From an uncultured Clostridia bacterium (GTDB lineage: Bacteria > Bacillota > Clostridia > Christensenellales > UBA1242): DNA of 64,000 nucleotides. Numbering within the stretch: the stretch's first letter is position 1; each line of letters begins with the position of its first letter. The stretch is taken from positions 96 through 64,095 of the forward strand of contig CALWOU010000003.1 of NCBI GenBank assembly GCA_944383245.1, written 5' to 3'. Below, in pieces: positions 31,518 through 39,996 of the stretch. A program made the position numbers and the translations under genes. The notes under the pieces are model-generated. The model was not told where the DNA came from. It was given only the letters and a program-made list of their open reading frames with translations, and searched no databases.

Positions 31518-31772
31518 CTATTCCCTTTTTTCAGAAATATTTAAAGTTAACTTATAATCACTGCACTCATTCAAAACTTGTTCCCAATTTTCAGCAAAAT
31601 TATCATAAAGTGTGCTTGTTTGTGGATTTTGTAAGAAAATTAAATAATAATCCGCTTTCTCGGCACCTGACAACTTTTTATCATTCACATTATATTTTTC
31701 AATCCATAAAAGCCAATCTTTGTATTCGCCTTCTTCAATTTTATATTTCTTGTTTACTTGCAAGTTTTCCAT
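31518..31772 (-). CDS. small cytoplasmic protein (84 aa), immunity-protein-like by context
   Basis: Intact ORF. Conserved junction 'TAAAAGGAGTTTGTATGGAAAA' upstream. Confidence 0.6.
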   Translation of the reverse strand: MENLQVNKKYKIEEGEYKDWLLWIEKYNVNDKKLSGAEKADYYLIFLQNPQTSTLYDNFAENWEQVLNECSDYKLTLNISEKRE

Positions 31773-31783
31773 ACAAACTCCTT

Positions 31784-32209
31784 TTATTCTTCGTATTCGC
31801 TTGGATTTTCTTTTAAATAGTTATACAAATTTACTAATATTTGCTTAGTTCCAATAAAGCTAAATGACAATTGATAGGTATCATCTATTGTGTTGCCTAT
31901 ATTACCACTAACTCTAACCGTATCTTTTTTACAATCAAAAACAATCGAACTGTCAGTGTTTTTAATTTCATCAATAACTTCAAAATGTCCTTCAAAATTA
32001 TTTTCAATAATATTTTTCAATTTTGCTTTTAATTCTTCATCATCAAACGAGAACCCATCTTCCGCTTGGTAGTTTAGTTTTAAATTTCCTTCCCAAGAAT
32101 TTGTTTGTGCTTTTATACCTATAATCAAGTGGTAGATATAAGAAATATCGCCCTTGACCTGCTTCACATACATGGTTTGGTAGTCATCCTGCCAAATAAT
32201 CTTTTCCAT
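31784..32209 (-). CDS. small cytoplasmic protein (141 aa), immunity-protein-like by context
   Basis: Intact ORF. The same 22-nt junction as the 31772 start. Confidence 0.6.
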   Translation of the reverse strand: MEKIIWQDDYQTMYVKQVKGDISYIYHLIIGIKAQTNSWEGNLKLNYQAEDGFSFDDEELKAKLKNIIENNFEGHFEVIDEIKNTDSSIVFDCKKDTVRVSGNIGNTIDDTYQLSFSFIGTKQILVNLYNYLKENPSEYEE

Positions 32210-32220
32210 ACAAACTCCTT

Positions 32221-32925
32221 TTAGTTAAAAATTTTATCTGAAGCATTTTGCAATAAATGCATTAACAAAGTGTCTTTATAAAGCAAGTGAATTTCGTTAT
32301 TGTTCACAAGTTTACCTAGATAACAATAACCATTTTCTTGCGTGATATAGAAAACTTTGTCTGTTAAAGAAACAAAATCAACTATATCTTTGCTTGAAAC
32401 AACTCTTTTTGTTTCAGTATCTAAAATTTTGTAGTTGTTTTTATTATCATTTTCCACTTTTAAATTTTTGACATGCCCTTTCAACAAAAATTTTAAATAG
32501 TCAATTAAAGTTTGGTGTTCGGCGGTCTTGTGTTTTTGATATTCACTTGCAAGTTTTTCGCTAAAAAGTGGCAAAACAAAATCTATCTCTTCTTTATTTA
32601 ATCCATCCACACAATCTTCAAAGAAAGCAACGCCAATAAAGTTGTCTATTGTTTCTTTGGTCAGTTTGTGATAACTCTCGCCAAACTTATCGCGGAACTC
32701 TTCCAAAATTTTAATAAACTTATTTAATTTCCCTTTGTTCCTATTTTTAACGCAATATTCAAAGTATCTCAAAATATCTGGGAATAAGATATAAAGTCCA
32801 ACACTTTCAGCTTCCAAATATCCATCAAAACTATCTTTGACATATTCTTGAACATCTGGAATATTTTGAGTAAAAAACTCAACAATCTCGTTTTCAAGTT
32901 GTCTTTTATCTTTTTCGTTTTTCAT
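32221..32925 (-). CDS. hypothetical cytoplasmic protein (234 aa); parent of the truncated duplicate
   Basis: Intact ORF. Junction 'TAAAAGGAGTTAGTATGAAAAA'. Confidence 0.6.
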   Translation of the reverse strand: MKNEKDKRQLENEIVEFFTQNIPDVQEYVKDSFDGYLEAESVGLYILFPDILRYFEYCVKNRNKGKLNKFIKILEEFRDKFGESYHKLTKETIDNFIGVAFFEDCVDGLNKEEIDFVLPLFSEKLASEYQKHKTAEHQTLIDYLKFLLKGHVKNLKVENDNKNNYKILDTETKRVVSSKDIVDFVSLTDKVFYITQENGYCYLGKLVNNNEIHLLYKDTLLMHLLQNASDKIFN

Positions 32926-32936
32926 ACTAACTCCTT

Positions 32937-33443
32937 TTAAATATTTCTTACCACCGCGAACAGCACTAAAAAGATTAGTATGGCGGATAGGATTTCTCTA
33001 AACTTGTTGTAGGCTAGTTGCTTTTTGGTCAGTTTTTTGTCTTTATAATAGGTCAGCGATAACTGCGTGAATGTGAAGTATAGGCAAGCGCCGAGAATTG
33101 CAAGCGCGGTTATCATGCCAAATAAGATTGCGTTTTTGATAAAGAATAAACAAATTGCGCAAACTACCGCTATTCCAAGTCCGCCAAGTGCGATATATTG
33201 GTTGATTTTGGAGTTTTTAAGTTCCAAATCTTCCTTAATCTTTATATCTTCTTCGCTGATAAGTTCATCGATTGTTGTGTTAAACATTTCTGCAAGTAGT
33301 TTCAAACTTTCAATGCTTGGATAACCGTTGTCGGTCTCCCACTTAGAAACAGCAGTGCGTGTGACAAAAATCTTCTCCGCCAAATCATCTTGCGTGAAAT
33401 TATTAGAATTTCTTAATTGCTTTAGTTTTTCTGAAAATTTCAT
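32937..33443 (-). CDS. XRE-family HTH transcriptional regulator with C-terminal TM helices
   Basis: 'LKQLRNSNNFTQDDLAEKIFVTRTAVSKWETDNGYPSIESLKLLAEMFNTTIDELI', then 3 hydrophobic helices. Confidence 0.9.
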   Translation of the reverse strand: MKFSEKLKQLRNSNNFTQDDLAEKIFVTRTAVSKWETDNGYPSIESLKLLAEMFNTTIDELISEEDIKIKEDLELKNSKINQYIALGGLGIAVVCAICLFFIKNAILFGMITALAILGACLYFTFTQLSLTYYKDKKLTKKQLAYNKFREILSAILIFLVLFAVVRNI

Positions 33444-33444
33444 A

Positions 33445-33810
33445 TTATAAACCTAATTGCGCTAAAATCTTTTTAATAGCATCTTTGCCTTGAGTTACAG
33501 TGTATTTATATTGCTTTCCACTTTTAGTGTTTATTATAAGTTTTGCATCAAACAATCCGCCAGATAATTTTGCGCTTTCAATTTTTTCTCTATTGATAAC
33601 AACACCCTCTTTGTATTTAATCTCTTTGCTTGAAAACGGAATTATAACAATTTGATTTCCGCGTTTAGAGATAACGTGCATAGAAGCAACTGCAGACCCA
33701 ATCGCACCAAATAGTTGACCTCTTGAAGTTTGCCCCCAAGCCACAAGCCCATCATCTGCTAAATTTTTAGAAACTAATTCATTTGTTAAAGATTTTAAAT
33801 TGTAACCCAT
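33445..33810 (-). CDS. small soluble protein (121 aa), possibly PH-like
   Basis: Intact ORF abutting the XRE gene (1-nt gap). Fold guess only. Confidence 0.5.
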   Translation of the reverse strand: MGYNLKSLTNELVSKNLADDGLVAWGQTSRGQLFGAIGSAVASMHVISKRGNQIVIIPFSSKEIKYKEGVVINREKIESAKLSGGLFDAKLIINTKSGKQYKYTVTQGKDAIKKILAQLGL

Positions 33811-33857
33811 ACTCTTCTCCTTTTAATAACTACATAATATCATAAAACAACAAATTT

Positions 33858-33913
33858 GTCACGACACTTGCAGTCACTAACCTGTTTTTGGACTCTAATA
33901 TTATTAGAATTGG
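33858..33913 (-). promoter_or_regulatory. promoter/operator module, copy 1
   Basis: 56 nt ~87% identical to 34891-34946. Holds the palindrome TCTAAT-ATT-ATTAGA and, on the minus strand, GTGACA-17-TATTAT. Confidence 0.55.
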
Positions 33914-34005
33914 TTTTTTTGTGTATTTTTTAGACTGATTTTTTATAATTTGATTTAAAAAAATAATTCAAACAGGATTTTAACTATTTAATAATTTTAG
34001 ATGTT

Positions 34006-34845
34006 CTAAATATTTTTAATTAGATTTTGTAATTCACTTAGTTTTGATATAAACTTGCTTGCATTACTATTCTCTTCGCTAAAACGAGCCCATTTTTCTT
34101 TTTCTCGTTCCATATCGACACATAATTCCCTTGCAATTTGTTCGGGCGAACCTAGGAGTAAATATTCGTGATTTTCCACTATATACCAACTTGATAATCC
34201 ACTATTTTCAACATTATGCTCTAAAATTTGTGAATAAAAATATATCTTTTTATTCTCGATTTTTAAGCCGTTTATCGTTAAAAAGTCGTGTCCTGGTTCA
34301 CTTTCAATTTCAAAGTTATATTTGCCATTTTTATTTTTAAAATAACTTATAAAAAAGTCTAAAATTCCAATATGGTTATTCACACCCCAATTTTCGTAAC
34401 TAAGGCTAGCAAAATCCTTTTCTCCTGATTGATGTTTTAATTTAAAAACACTTGATTCATCATATTGATTGAAAAGCGTGTAAGAATTTCTGCCTATCAA
34501 GTTATATCTCAAAAGCAACTTATTTTTCAGTGTCACCATATCTTCTAAAATATATTTGGCTTCAATTCTACCATTTGAAATTGCTCTGTAATTATAGTTC
34601 ATTTTATTATTATTGAAATAATATGTATAAAAACCATTTTGTTCTTCACATATTTTTAATTCAAAATTATAACCTTTGAACATAGTATTATTAATGTTAG
34701 TTTCATTTAAACTTGACAGCCAATCAATAAAATCTTTAGCACAACAACTATAATCTTGATTTAGATAACTCCATACAAAAATGGTGCTTTCTTTTCTATC
34801 TTTCTCTATAGTTTTTATTTTAAAAATTAATGTTTGAAAATCCAT
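34006..34845 (-). CDS. hypothetical protein (279 aa)
   Basis: Intact ORF with RBS. No family recognised. Confidence 0.6.
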   Translation of the reverse strand: MDFQTLIFKIKTIEKDRKESTIFVWSYLNQDYSCCAKDFIDWLSSLNETNINNTMFKGYNFELKICEEQNGFYTYYFNNNKMNYNYRAISNGRIEAKYILEDMVTLKNKLLLRYNLIGRNSYTLFNQYDESSVFKLKHQSGEKDFASLSYENWGVNNHIGILDFFISYFKNKNGKYNFEIESEPGHDFLTINGLKIENKKIYFYSQILEHNVENSGLSSWYIVENHEYLLLGSPEQIARELCVDMEREKEKWARFSEENSNASKFISKLSELQNLIKNI

Positions 34846-34890
34846 ATTTTACTCCTATAACAATCATATTATACAGCATATTCCATAAAA

Positions 34891-34946
34891 GTCACGACAC
34901 TTATACTCACTAACCCGTTTTTAAACTCTAATATTATTAGAATTGA
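34891..34946 (-). promoter_or_regulatory. promoter/operator module, copy 2
   Basis: Same palindrome TCTAAT-ATT-ATTAGA. GTGACT-16-TATAAT on the minus strand, ~45 nt before ATG 34845. Confidence 0.55.
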
Positions 34947-35008
34947 TATTCATATATATATTTTTGGACTAATTTTAATTTTTAATTTAATTGTTAAAAA
35001 TTAGAAAA

Positions 35009-35731
35009 TTAATTTTGGAAGTTTGAAACTTTGCCGTCTTTGATTGTGTACATTTCGCCAAAGAAAGAGACATTTTTATTATTATCTATTAAAATGTACG
35101 AGCCGTTTGGAATGCCTAAAAATTCTTTTTTATGTGAGGCTGGGAAAATATAGTCATTAACAACATCAACTTCTTCGCATTCGATTTGATAAGTGTTTGT
35201 TTCTCCGTCAAAATGTGGAATAATGATTTTGTCATAGAAACCTAAACCTTTTACCCATCTTCGCTCTTTAATATCTGCATTTTCTTCTGGAAAATTATAA
35301 ATAGTTTTGCATAAGTTCATAGTTCCTGCCGACATACCAATAACAATTCCGTTAAAATGCTTTAAAATTTTCTTCAACCTAATGCTTCTAAAAAACTTAT
35401 TTTGGCAAAGAATTTTTCCACCAGATAAAATAACAATATTTGCTCCAAGTATTATATTTTTTGCATCCTTTTTATTCCTTGCGTCAAGCAAGATCTTTTC
35501 ATTAAAATTAAGATTAGACAAACTAAAACTATCCATCATATTTTTAATTCTTTCTTCATTTTCCAAAATATTATTAGGGTCATTTGCCACATAAACAATT
35601 CTATTTGTACCACTTAGATATTTTTTAATATTGTCCAACACGCCGTTTACATTTTCTATCGGAATAGTTGTTTTGTTTCCGTTTTCATCCATTACGCGTG
35701 TATTTAACCTACTAGTTAAAAATAATATCAT
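35009..35731 (-). CDS. peptidase S51 (dipeptidase E-like / class I amidotransferase-like) family protein
   Basis: 'IVIGMSAGTMN' nucleophile elbow, 'IIPHFDG'; 240 aa. Confidence 0.55.
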   Translation of the reverse strand: MILFLTSRLNTRVMDENGNKTTIPIENVNGVLDNIKKYLSGTNRIVYVANDPNNILENEERIKNMMDSFSLSNLNFNEKILLDARNKKDAKNIILGANIVILSGGKILCQNKFFRSIRLKKILKHFNGIVIGMSAGTMNLCKTIYNFPEENADIKERRWVKGLGFYDKIIIPHFDGETNTYQIECEEVDVVNDYIFPASHKKEFLGIPNGSYILIDNNKNVSFFGEMYTIKDGKVSNFQN

Positions 35732-35756
35732 AACTCACTCCTACTAAATTATATCA

Positions 35757-35796
35757 TAAAAAAATAGGATTTGCATTTAAAAATCCTATATTTTTT
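35757..35796. terminator. bidirectional terminator closing the 42496-35914 operon
   Basis: 'ataggattt'...'aaatcctat' stem with an A-run and a T6 run. Confidence 0.7.
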
Positions 35797-35913
35797 AAAA
35801 TTTATTGATAAAATGTAGATTGTTGAAACAAAAAACTAATATTGATTTGCGAAACATAAAACACTTAATTTCCATAAAATTGTTTCTTATTTACTCTTTA
35901 ATTTGTAACTTTT

Positions 35914-36390
35914 TTATTTTTCATATAATTTTAAAAGACGTTTAATAATTGCAATCTTTTCGTCGGTTGCATTTGATTTTTTTATGATGTATGCGCTCGT
36001 TGCGTTTATGTATATGAAAATGTAATCTTTAACTTCTTTAACCTTATAAATATCTTTGTAATACACTTTTTGCGTTCCAAAAATTTTGCCGTTTTTTACA
36101 CAAGTTACATTCAAAGAGTCCTCATTGAAATTATACTCATTTGTAATCTTACTTTCAGTCATATTTTTAATGTTTTTATTTATCATAATTAAGTAGACAA
36201 GCCCCAAAGCAAACGGAATACTGAAAAGCAACAATAAATCTAGATAAGTATTTTCAAAAAATGCGTACAAAACAATGAAAGTTAAAAGCCCCACACTTCC
36301 AACCACAATTGAGGCAATGCAAAAAATAATCACATTTTTAGATAGCGCTTTTTGCGCGGTTTTATCGATTTCAGTTTTTACGTTTACCAT
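35914..36390 (-). CDS. YcxB-like two-TM protein
   Basis: Two N-terminal TM helices, then a beta-rich tail 'YKDIYKVKEVKDYIFIYINATSAYIIKK'. Confidence 0.5.
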   Translation of the reverse strand: MVNVKTEIDKTAQKALSKNVIIFCIASIVVGSVGLLTFIVLYAFFENTYLDLLLLFSIPFALGLVYLIMINKNIKNMTESKITNEYNFNEDSLNVTCVKNGKIFGTQKVYYKDIYKVKEVKDYIFIYINATSAYIIKKSNATDEKIAIIKRLLKLYEK

Positions 36391-36436
36391 ATTCCCTTCT
36401 TCTATACAACTTTAAATTAACTAATTAGTATATATT

Positions 36437-36949
36437 TTACTTTGACGCGCTAAACAAATTTTTTAAAAGTGTAATCACATTTTTTTGACCTAATTGATTA
36501 TAGCAAACTGCCAAATACGGGCGACCATATATTGATGTTTTTTGCCTGTTGTAAATACCAAAATTTTTAGCGCTATCGGTTGCTCTTGTTCGCTCACTTC
36601 CATTTACCATAACTTTTGTTAGCATTTCTTTTTCAATTAGTGCGTTTGTTATCATTGAAAATTTTGGTTTTTTCAATTCAGGATAAGTTTTTGAAATTTT
36701 ATCAATTATACCTGTTAAAGACATTTCGTTTTCATACTCAAACTTTTCCAAGATATCATCAGGGCAAAAAAACTCATCTTTTTTCTCTTTTAAATTCTTC
36801 GGTTGATTTTGAAGATAATCGCAAACATTGTATAATGTTCTAACAACATTAATGTCGTTTAAAACACTATCATCTTCGCACTTCTCGCCAGTGAAATAAT
36901 TAACTCCGTTTGCAAGTGCTTTTAACACTTCAATTTCTTTTTCTAACAT
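36437..36949 (-). CDS. hypothetical protein (170 aa)
   Basis: Intact ORF in the operon. No family recognised. Confidence 0.55.
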   Translation of the reverse strand: MLEKEIEVLKALANGVNYFTGEKCEDDSVLNDINVVRTLYNVCDYLQNQPKNLKEKKDEFFCPDDILEKFEYENEMSLTGIIDKISKTYPELKKPKFSMITNALIEKEMLTKVMVNGSERTRATDSAKNFGIYNRQKTSIYGRPYLAVCYNQLGQKNVITLLKNLFSASK

Positions 36950-36965
36950 TTCATCCTCATTTTAG

Positions 36966-37334
36966 TTACATCATTCTAATTATTACATACAACAAAACAT
37001 CCAAACTTGTAACAACAATCGACAAAATCATACACACAAGTTTTGCCACTTTCGATTTTTCAGCCTTTTTATACGCTAAAACATTCAAAATAATCGCAAC
37101 AATTCCGAAAAATAGCGACGGAATAAAAAAGTACGCAAACACTAAAATAAAACCAAGCGCCGAACCCAATTCTTCACCCTCAGTTGCTGTGAAAAATGAA
37201 ATTGTGTAATAAGAAAATATGCAGGTTGTTATAATCGCCAAAACTAAAAACACGCATCCAATTATAAATAAAACTTTGCTAGTTTTATCTCCCTTTTTTT
37301 CGTTTACAACTTGCTCTTCAACCACCTCAGTCAT
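36966..37334 (-). CDS. small 4-TM membrane protein (122 aa)
   Basis: Acidic N-terminus followed by four hydrophobic helices. Confidence 0.6.
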   Translation of the reverse strand: MTEVVEEQVVNEKKGDKTSKVLFIIGCVFLVLAIITTCIFSYYTISFFTATEGEELGSALGFILVFAYFFIPSLFFGIVAIILNVLAYKKAEKSKVAKLVCMILSIVVTSLDVLLYVIIRMM

Positions 37335-37348
37335 ACTTTCCTCACCTT

Positions 37349-37657
37349 TTAATTTTCCATATAGTTTACTATTTTATTTTTCTTTTTAGCATACTCAATC
37401 TCAGACCTTGTGCTTTCTCCAATATATCCACCTTTATTGATTACATAAATCTCATCAGACATATCTATTTTTCTTTTATAAATATCGTCTAATAATTTTT
37501 TAGTTTCCTTAGTTAACACTTCGCCCTCATCTAAATCAAAAAAACTTAAAGATAGCACAATGTTCCCTTCAAGACTAAGCCTTTTTTGCACTTTTATAAA
37601 ATCATCTTTAAATCTTGCACTTCCTCACAAAGTGATAACTTTATATTTCTCCACCAT
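37349..37657 (-). pseudogene. nucleoside 2-deoxyribosyltransferase-like small protein interrupted by in-frame TGA
   Basis: The minus strand reads 'MVEKYKVITL*GSARFKDDFIKVQKRLSLEGNIV...IYVINKGGYIGESTRSEIEYAKKKNKIV'. The TGA (plus-strand 37625-37627) sits where I recall the family having the Cys of a 'CGSxRF' motif. Confidence 0.65.
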
Positions 37658-37697
37658 AATTTTATTATACCAAATAAAAATCATAAAATCAAACTAA

Positions 37698-39545
37698 TCA
37701 AATAGTAAAATCAAAATCTTCATCTACAAATTCTTCACCCATTATTTTTTTCAAATCTTTTTTATTAATATTAATAACTTTGCCACAGCAAGGATGAAAA
37801 TTTCTGTTAGCATAAACAAGCCAAATAACATTCACATTTTTAAGGTCTTTTTTCGGCATAATTTCTGGAATGCCGTCAGTGAAGATTATTTTATTAACTT
37901 CTCGTTTTTTTGAAAACGCTCTAACCGCAACGTCCATATTAGTGCCAAGGCCTAGCCAACCTATTATTATATTATTAATGTCTTTTTCATTTTTAATTTC
38001 TTGAAACTCTGTTGTTGCATAATCCGCAAAAAATCCGACTTTTAGTTTTGAAGCTTTTAGAATTGTTTTTAGTTGTCTTAAAAAAGAGATAACCATTGCA
38101 TCAGACACTGAACCTGAAACATCTATCATAACTTCGGTTTCCGCCTCATCTTCCTCGTCTAAATCTTCTAATCTATAAGCATAGTTATTTTCTGCAATAG
38201 ATCTACGTTGCGACCATATAGTTTCAGTTTTTTCAACTTCACGCCTAAGCAACGCCTTCCAATCAAGAACGGACTTTGCTTTTCCAACATCTCCAAACTC
38301 AGTGTTTCTATCGCTACATTTTTTCAACATTTGCTCAAACAAACTTTGCATATTAGATTTTGCCCGCGTTTGCCTCTCTCTTCGGTTTTCTTGAAATTCG
38401 GCTTTTTCGTCTATCTTTGATTCATAAAACTCTGGAATTTGTTCATTTGAATCTGATTGTTTATTATTTGAACGTTCATTTTGACTTTTTTGAGTTTGCT
38501 GATTAGATTTTTGGTTATTGGCATCATTTTGTTCTTTATATTCTTCATAGGCTTTTTCCCAAAGACTGTGGTCATCAGCAAATTCTTCATTATTACCATG
38601 TTGGTTGCCTTGATAACTTTGACTTTCGCTTGACTTACTTCGCCCACTCTCTTCACTTTGACCTATTTGGTTAGAATTATTGCTTTGACTCTCGCTAGAT
38701 TGACTTGTATTTCCTTGGCCGTCTCCGTTATGACCTTTCCAATAATTTCCAACACTTTCTTTATCGTCATTTTTCTCATTTTGTTGTGACTGATTGGCAT
38801 TTTGCCCGTTTGATTGACTATTTTGTTGCCCGTTTTGCTTTTCCTGGTCTTGCCCGTTTTGCCCTTCATTAGTTTGATTTTCTTTGTTCTGTCCGTTTTG
38901 ACTATCATTGGTTTGCTCATTTTGGTTATTTTTGTTTTGACTGTTATTGGTTTGCTTTTCTTGATCTTGTCCGTTTTGCCCTTCATTAGATTGCTTATTT
39001 TGTTTATCTTGGTTTTGACCATTTTGCTCATTTTCGCTTTGGCTGTTTTCTTGGTCTTGACTTTGGTTATTTTGTCCGCCACCAGTTTGTTCATTTTCAG
39101 ACTTTTGCTGTTCGCGTTCTTGTTTTTCTTTTAAAAGTTTGTCATAGAATTCTTCCGCACTATAGTTTAGTGCTTCTGGCATATTAACATAGCCTTCCTT
39201 TATTTTAAAACCGTCTTGCTCTAAATTTGCATTAATTATGGCATCGGTTGCGATATTCCAAAGGTTAGGGTCGCGCATTTGACCGTCTTTAGTGGTTAAT
39301 CTATACATATGTTCAAATTTTACGTGCATAAGTTCGTGGGCAATAATAAAGAGTTTATCATCATCACTTAAACTTGCAAGGAAATCTGGGTCAAAATAAA
39401 TATTATTTCCGTCGGTTGCCGCTGTGTGATACCTTAAATCTGTTTTATATTCTAAATTTGCACTAGCGATTTGAGAAGCAAAACGTGGATATCTTGCTAT
39501 CATCAATTTTTTAACATCTTGCAAAAGTTTTTTATCATATTCCAT
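37698..39545 (-). CDS. zincin-like metallopeptidase + Q/N-rich disordered insert + VWA domain protein (DUF2201-like architecture)
   Basis: 'LFIIAHELMHVKFEH' (HExxH), ~250 aa of Q/N/S/E low complexity, C-terminal MIDAS 'VMIDVSGSVS'. Confidence 0.8.
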   Translation of the reverse strand: MEYDKKLLQDVKKLMIARYPRFASQIASANLEYKTDLRYHTAATDGNNIYFDPDFLASLSDDDKLFIIAHELMHVKFEHMYRLTTKDGQMRDPNLWNIATDAIINANLEQDGFKIKEGYVNMPEALNYSAEEFYDKLLKEKQEREQQKSENEQTGGGQNNQSQDQENSQSENEQNGQNQDKQNKQSNEGQNGQDQEKQTNNSQNKNNQNEQTNDSQNGQNKENQTNEGQNGQDQEKQNGQQNSQSNGQNANQSQQNEKNDDKESVGNYWKGHNGDGQGNTSQSSESQSNNSNQIGQSEESGRSKSSESQSYQGNQHGNNEEFADDHSLWEKAYEEYKEQNDANNQKSNQQTQKSQNERSNNKQSDSNEQIPEFYESKIDEKAEFQENRRERQTRAKSNMQSLFEQMLKKCSDRNTEFGDVGKAKSVLDWKALLRREVEKTETIWSQRRSIAENNYAYRLEDLDEEDEAETEVMIDVSGSVSDAMVISFLRQLKTILKASKLKVGFFADYATTEFQEIKNEKDINNIIIGWLGLGTNMDVAVRAFSKKREVNKIIFTDGIPEIMPKKDLKNVNVIWLVYANRNFHPCCGKVININKKDLKKIMGEEFVDEDFDFTI

Positions 39546-39612
39546 AATAAACTCCTTTTTAATTTAGTTTCATCTTGCGATGTAAGAAAATAGTGTAATA
39601 AAACAAACTTTA

Positions 39613-39996
39613 TTAAAAGGCAACAACTGCAAAATGATATAATTCTTTAGACACTTTCTTTAAGCCATTTCTATTTTCTACCGTGAAAACAATAACGCAA
39701 TTATCTGGAAGAAAATATCTGTTTAGTTCTCTATCTTTAACAAGCCCGTTATATCTATTTTGTTGGTCGATTGATATTTCATCAATTCCCTTAATAACAA
39801 GATAACATATTTCACTATTTTTACTTTTTTCATCAATTATATCTGCAAAAGGCGGTCTAGAGTGTGCAAAAAGAAATTTATCACTAACATTTGCTTTTAT
39901 TGCAACACCTGGATATAACTTTCTAATATCTTTATTTTCAATAATTGCACAAGTTGCATTTGAATTTCTTTGCAAATCAATTAATTCTTTAATCAT
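39613..39996 (-). CDS. Walker-A-less AAA+-like fragment protein (127 aa)
   Basis: 'CYLVIKGIDEISIDQQNRYNGLVKDRELNRYFLPDNCVIVFTVEN' resembles the Walker B-to-sensor-1 segment of AAA_5 ATPases. Overlaps the upstream gene by 8 nt. Confidence 0.5.
   Translation of the reverse strand: MIKELIDLQRNSNATCAIIENKDIRKLYPGVAIKANVSDKFLFAHSRPPFADIIDEKSKNSEICYLVIKGIDEISIDQQNRYNGLVKDRELNRYFLPDNCVIVFTVENRNGLKKVSKELYHFAVVAF

Noticed and set aside
38411-39134. Track ORFs 38411..38656(-), 38663..39094(-) and 38814..39134(+) overlapping the VWA-zincin gene
   Set aside because: They lie in alternative frames of the Q/N-rich low-complexity repeat. Their K/T/M-rich or L/F/V-rich translations are compositional artefacts, and the long frame has recognisable flanking domains.
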